A stretch of 64,000 nucleotides of DNA from contig JAJEDB010000129.1 of NCBI GenBank assembly GCA_022821725.1, positions 7,914 through 71,913 of the forward strand. Reading direction: 5' to 3'. The notes beneath the pieces were generated by a model. That model saw only the letters and a list, made by a program, of their open reading frames with translations, made no database searches and was not told the origin of the DNA. This stretch comes from Candidatus Poribacteria bacterium. GTDB lineage: Bacteria > Poribacteria > WGA-4E > WGA-3G. Below are positions 64,000-64,000 of the stretch, one piece after another; the first letter of the stretch is position 1, and each line of letters opens with the position of its first letter. The translations under genes were made by a program, and so were the position numbers.

Positions 64000-64000
64000 A

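Overview
A 64-kb bacterial chromosomal window with dense ~1-kb genes on both strands, GGAGG/AAGGA-type ribosome-binding sites, and two housekeeping clusters (rho-rpmE-prfA-prmC and sdhCAB). The gene content suggests an uncultivated glycan-degrading heterotroph: a sulfatase, a GH33-type sialidase, three LamG-fold exported proteins, three tandem TolB-like PD40 propellers, two phytanoyl-CoA dioxygenases, four Gfo/Idh/MocA oxidoreductases, an L-rhamnose-isomerase-like enzyme, many TPR proteins and two sigma-70-family factors. A PVC/Poribacteria-like origin is only a guess. I recognised no rRNA, tRNA, CRISPR array, transposase or integrase. Three regions look defence-like or accessory. (1) An AAA_15-type ATPase with what looks like a truncated partner gene (1.1-2.5 kb). 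(2) A single-polypeptide Type IIG restriction-modification enzyme inside a ~4.4-kb segment bracketed by a duplicated, promoter-bearing repeat (18.4-22.9 kb). (3) An SMC/ABC-like ATPase plus an AlbA_2/Schlafen-like gene, cut by the right edge (61.9-64 kb). Two signals are the most unusual. First, six exported proteins of two unrelated folds share a conserved extreme C-terminal tail (...L-T-T-T-W-G-x-I-K plus basic residues); I could not match it to a named sorting signal. Second, the intergenic space is heavily populated by modular repeats: a ~92-nt MITE (13-nt terminal inverted repeats, 5-6-bp target-site duplications, a covarying GGTT-loop-AACC hairpin, six copies all in one chromosomal orientation), two further MITE-like elements (one caught as a filled versus empty site), shared hairpin modules, and a near-identical 'CCGCAAGGAATAATTAAAAA-ATG' start-site leader in front of unrelated genes. 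Everything was read by eye. No GC statistics, database searches or structure predictions were run.
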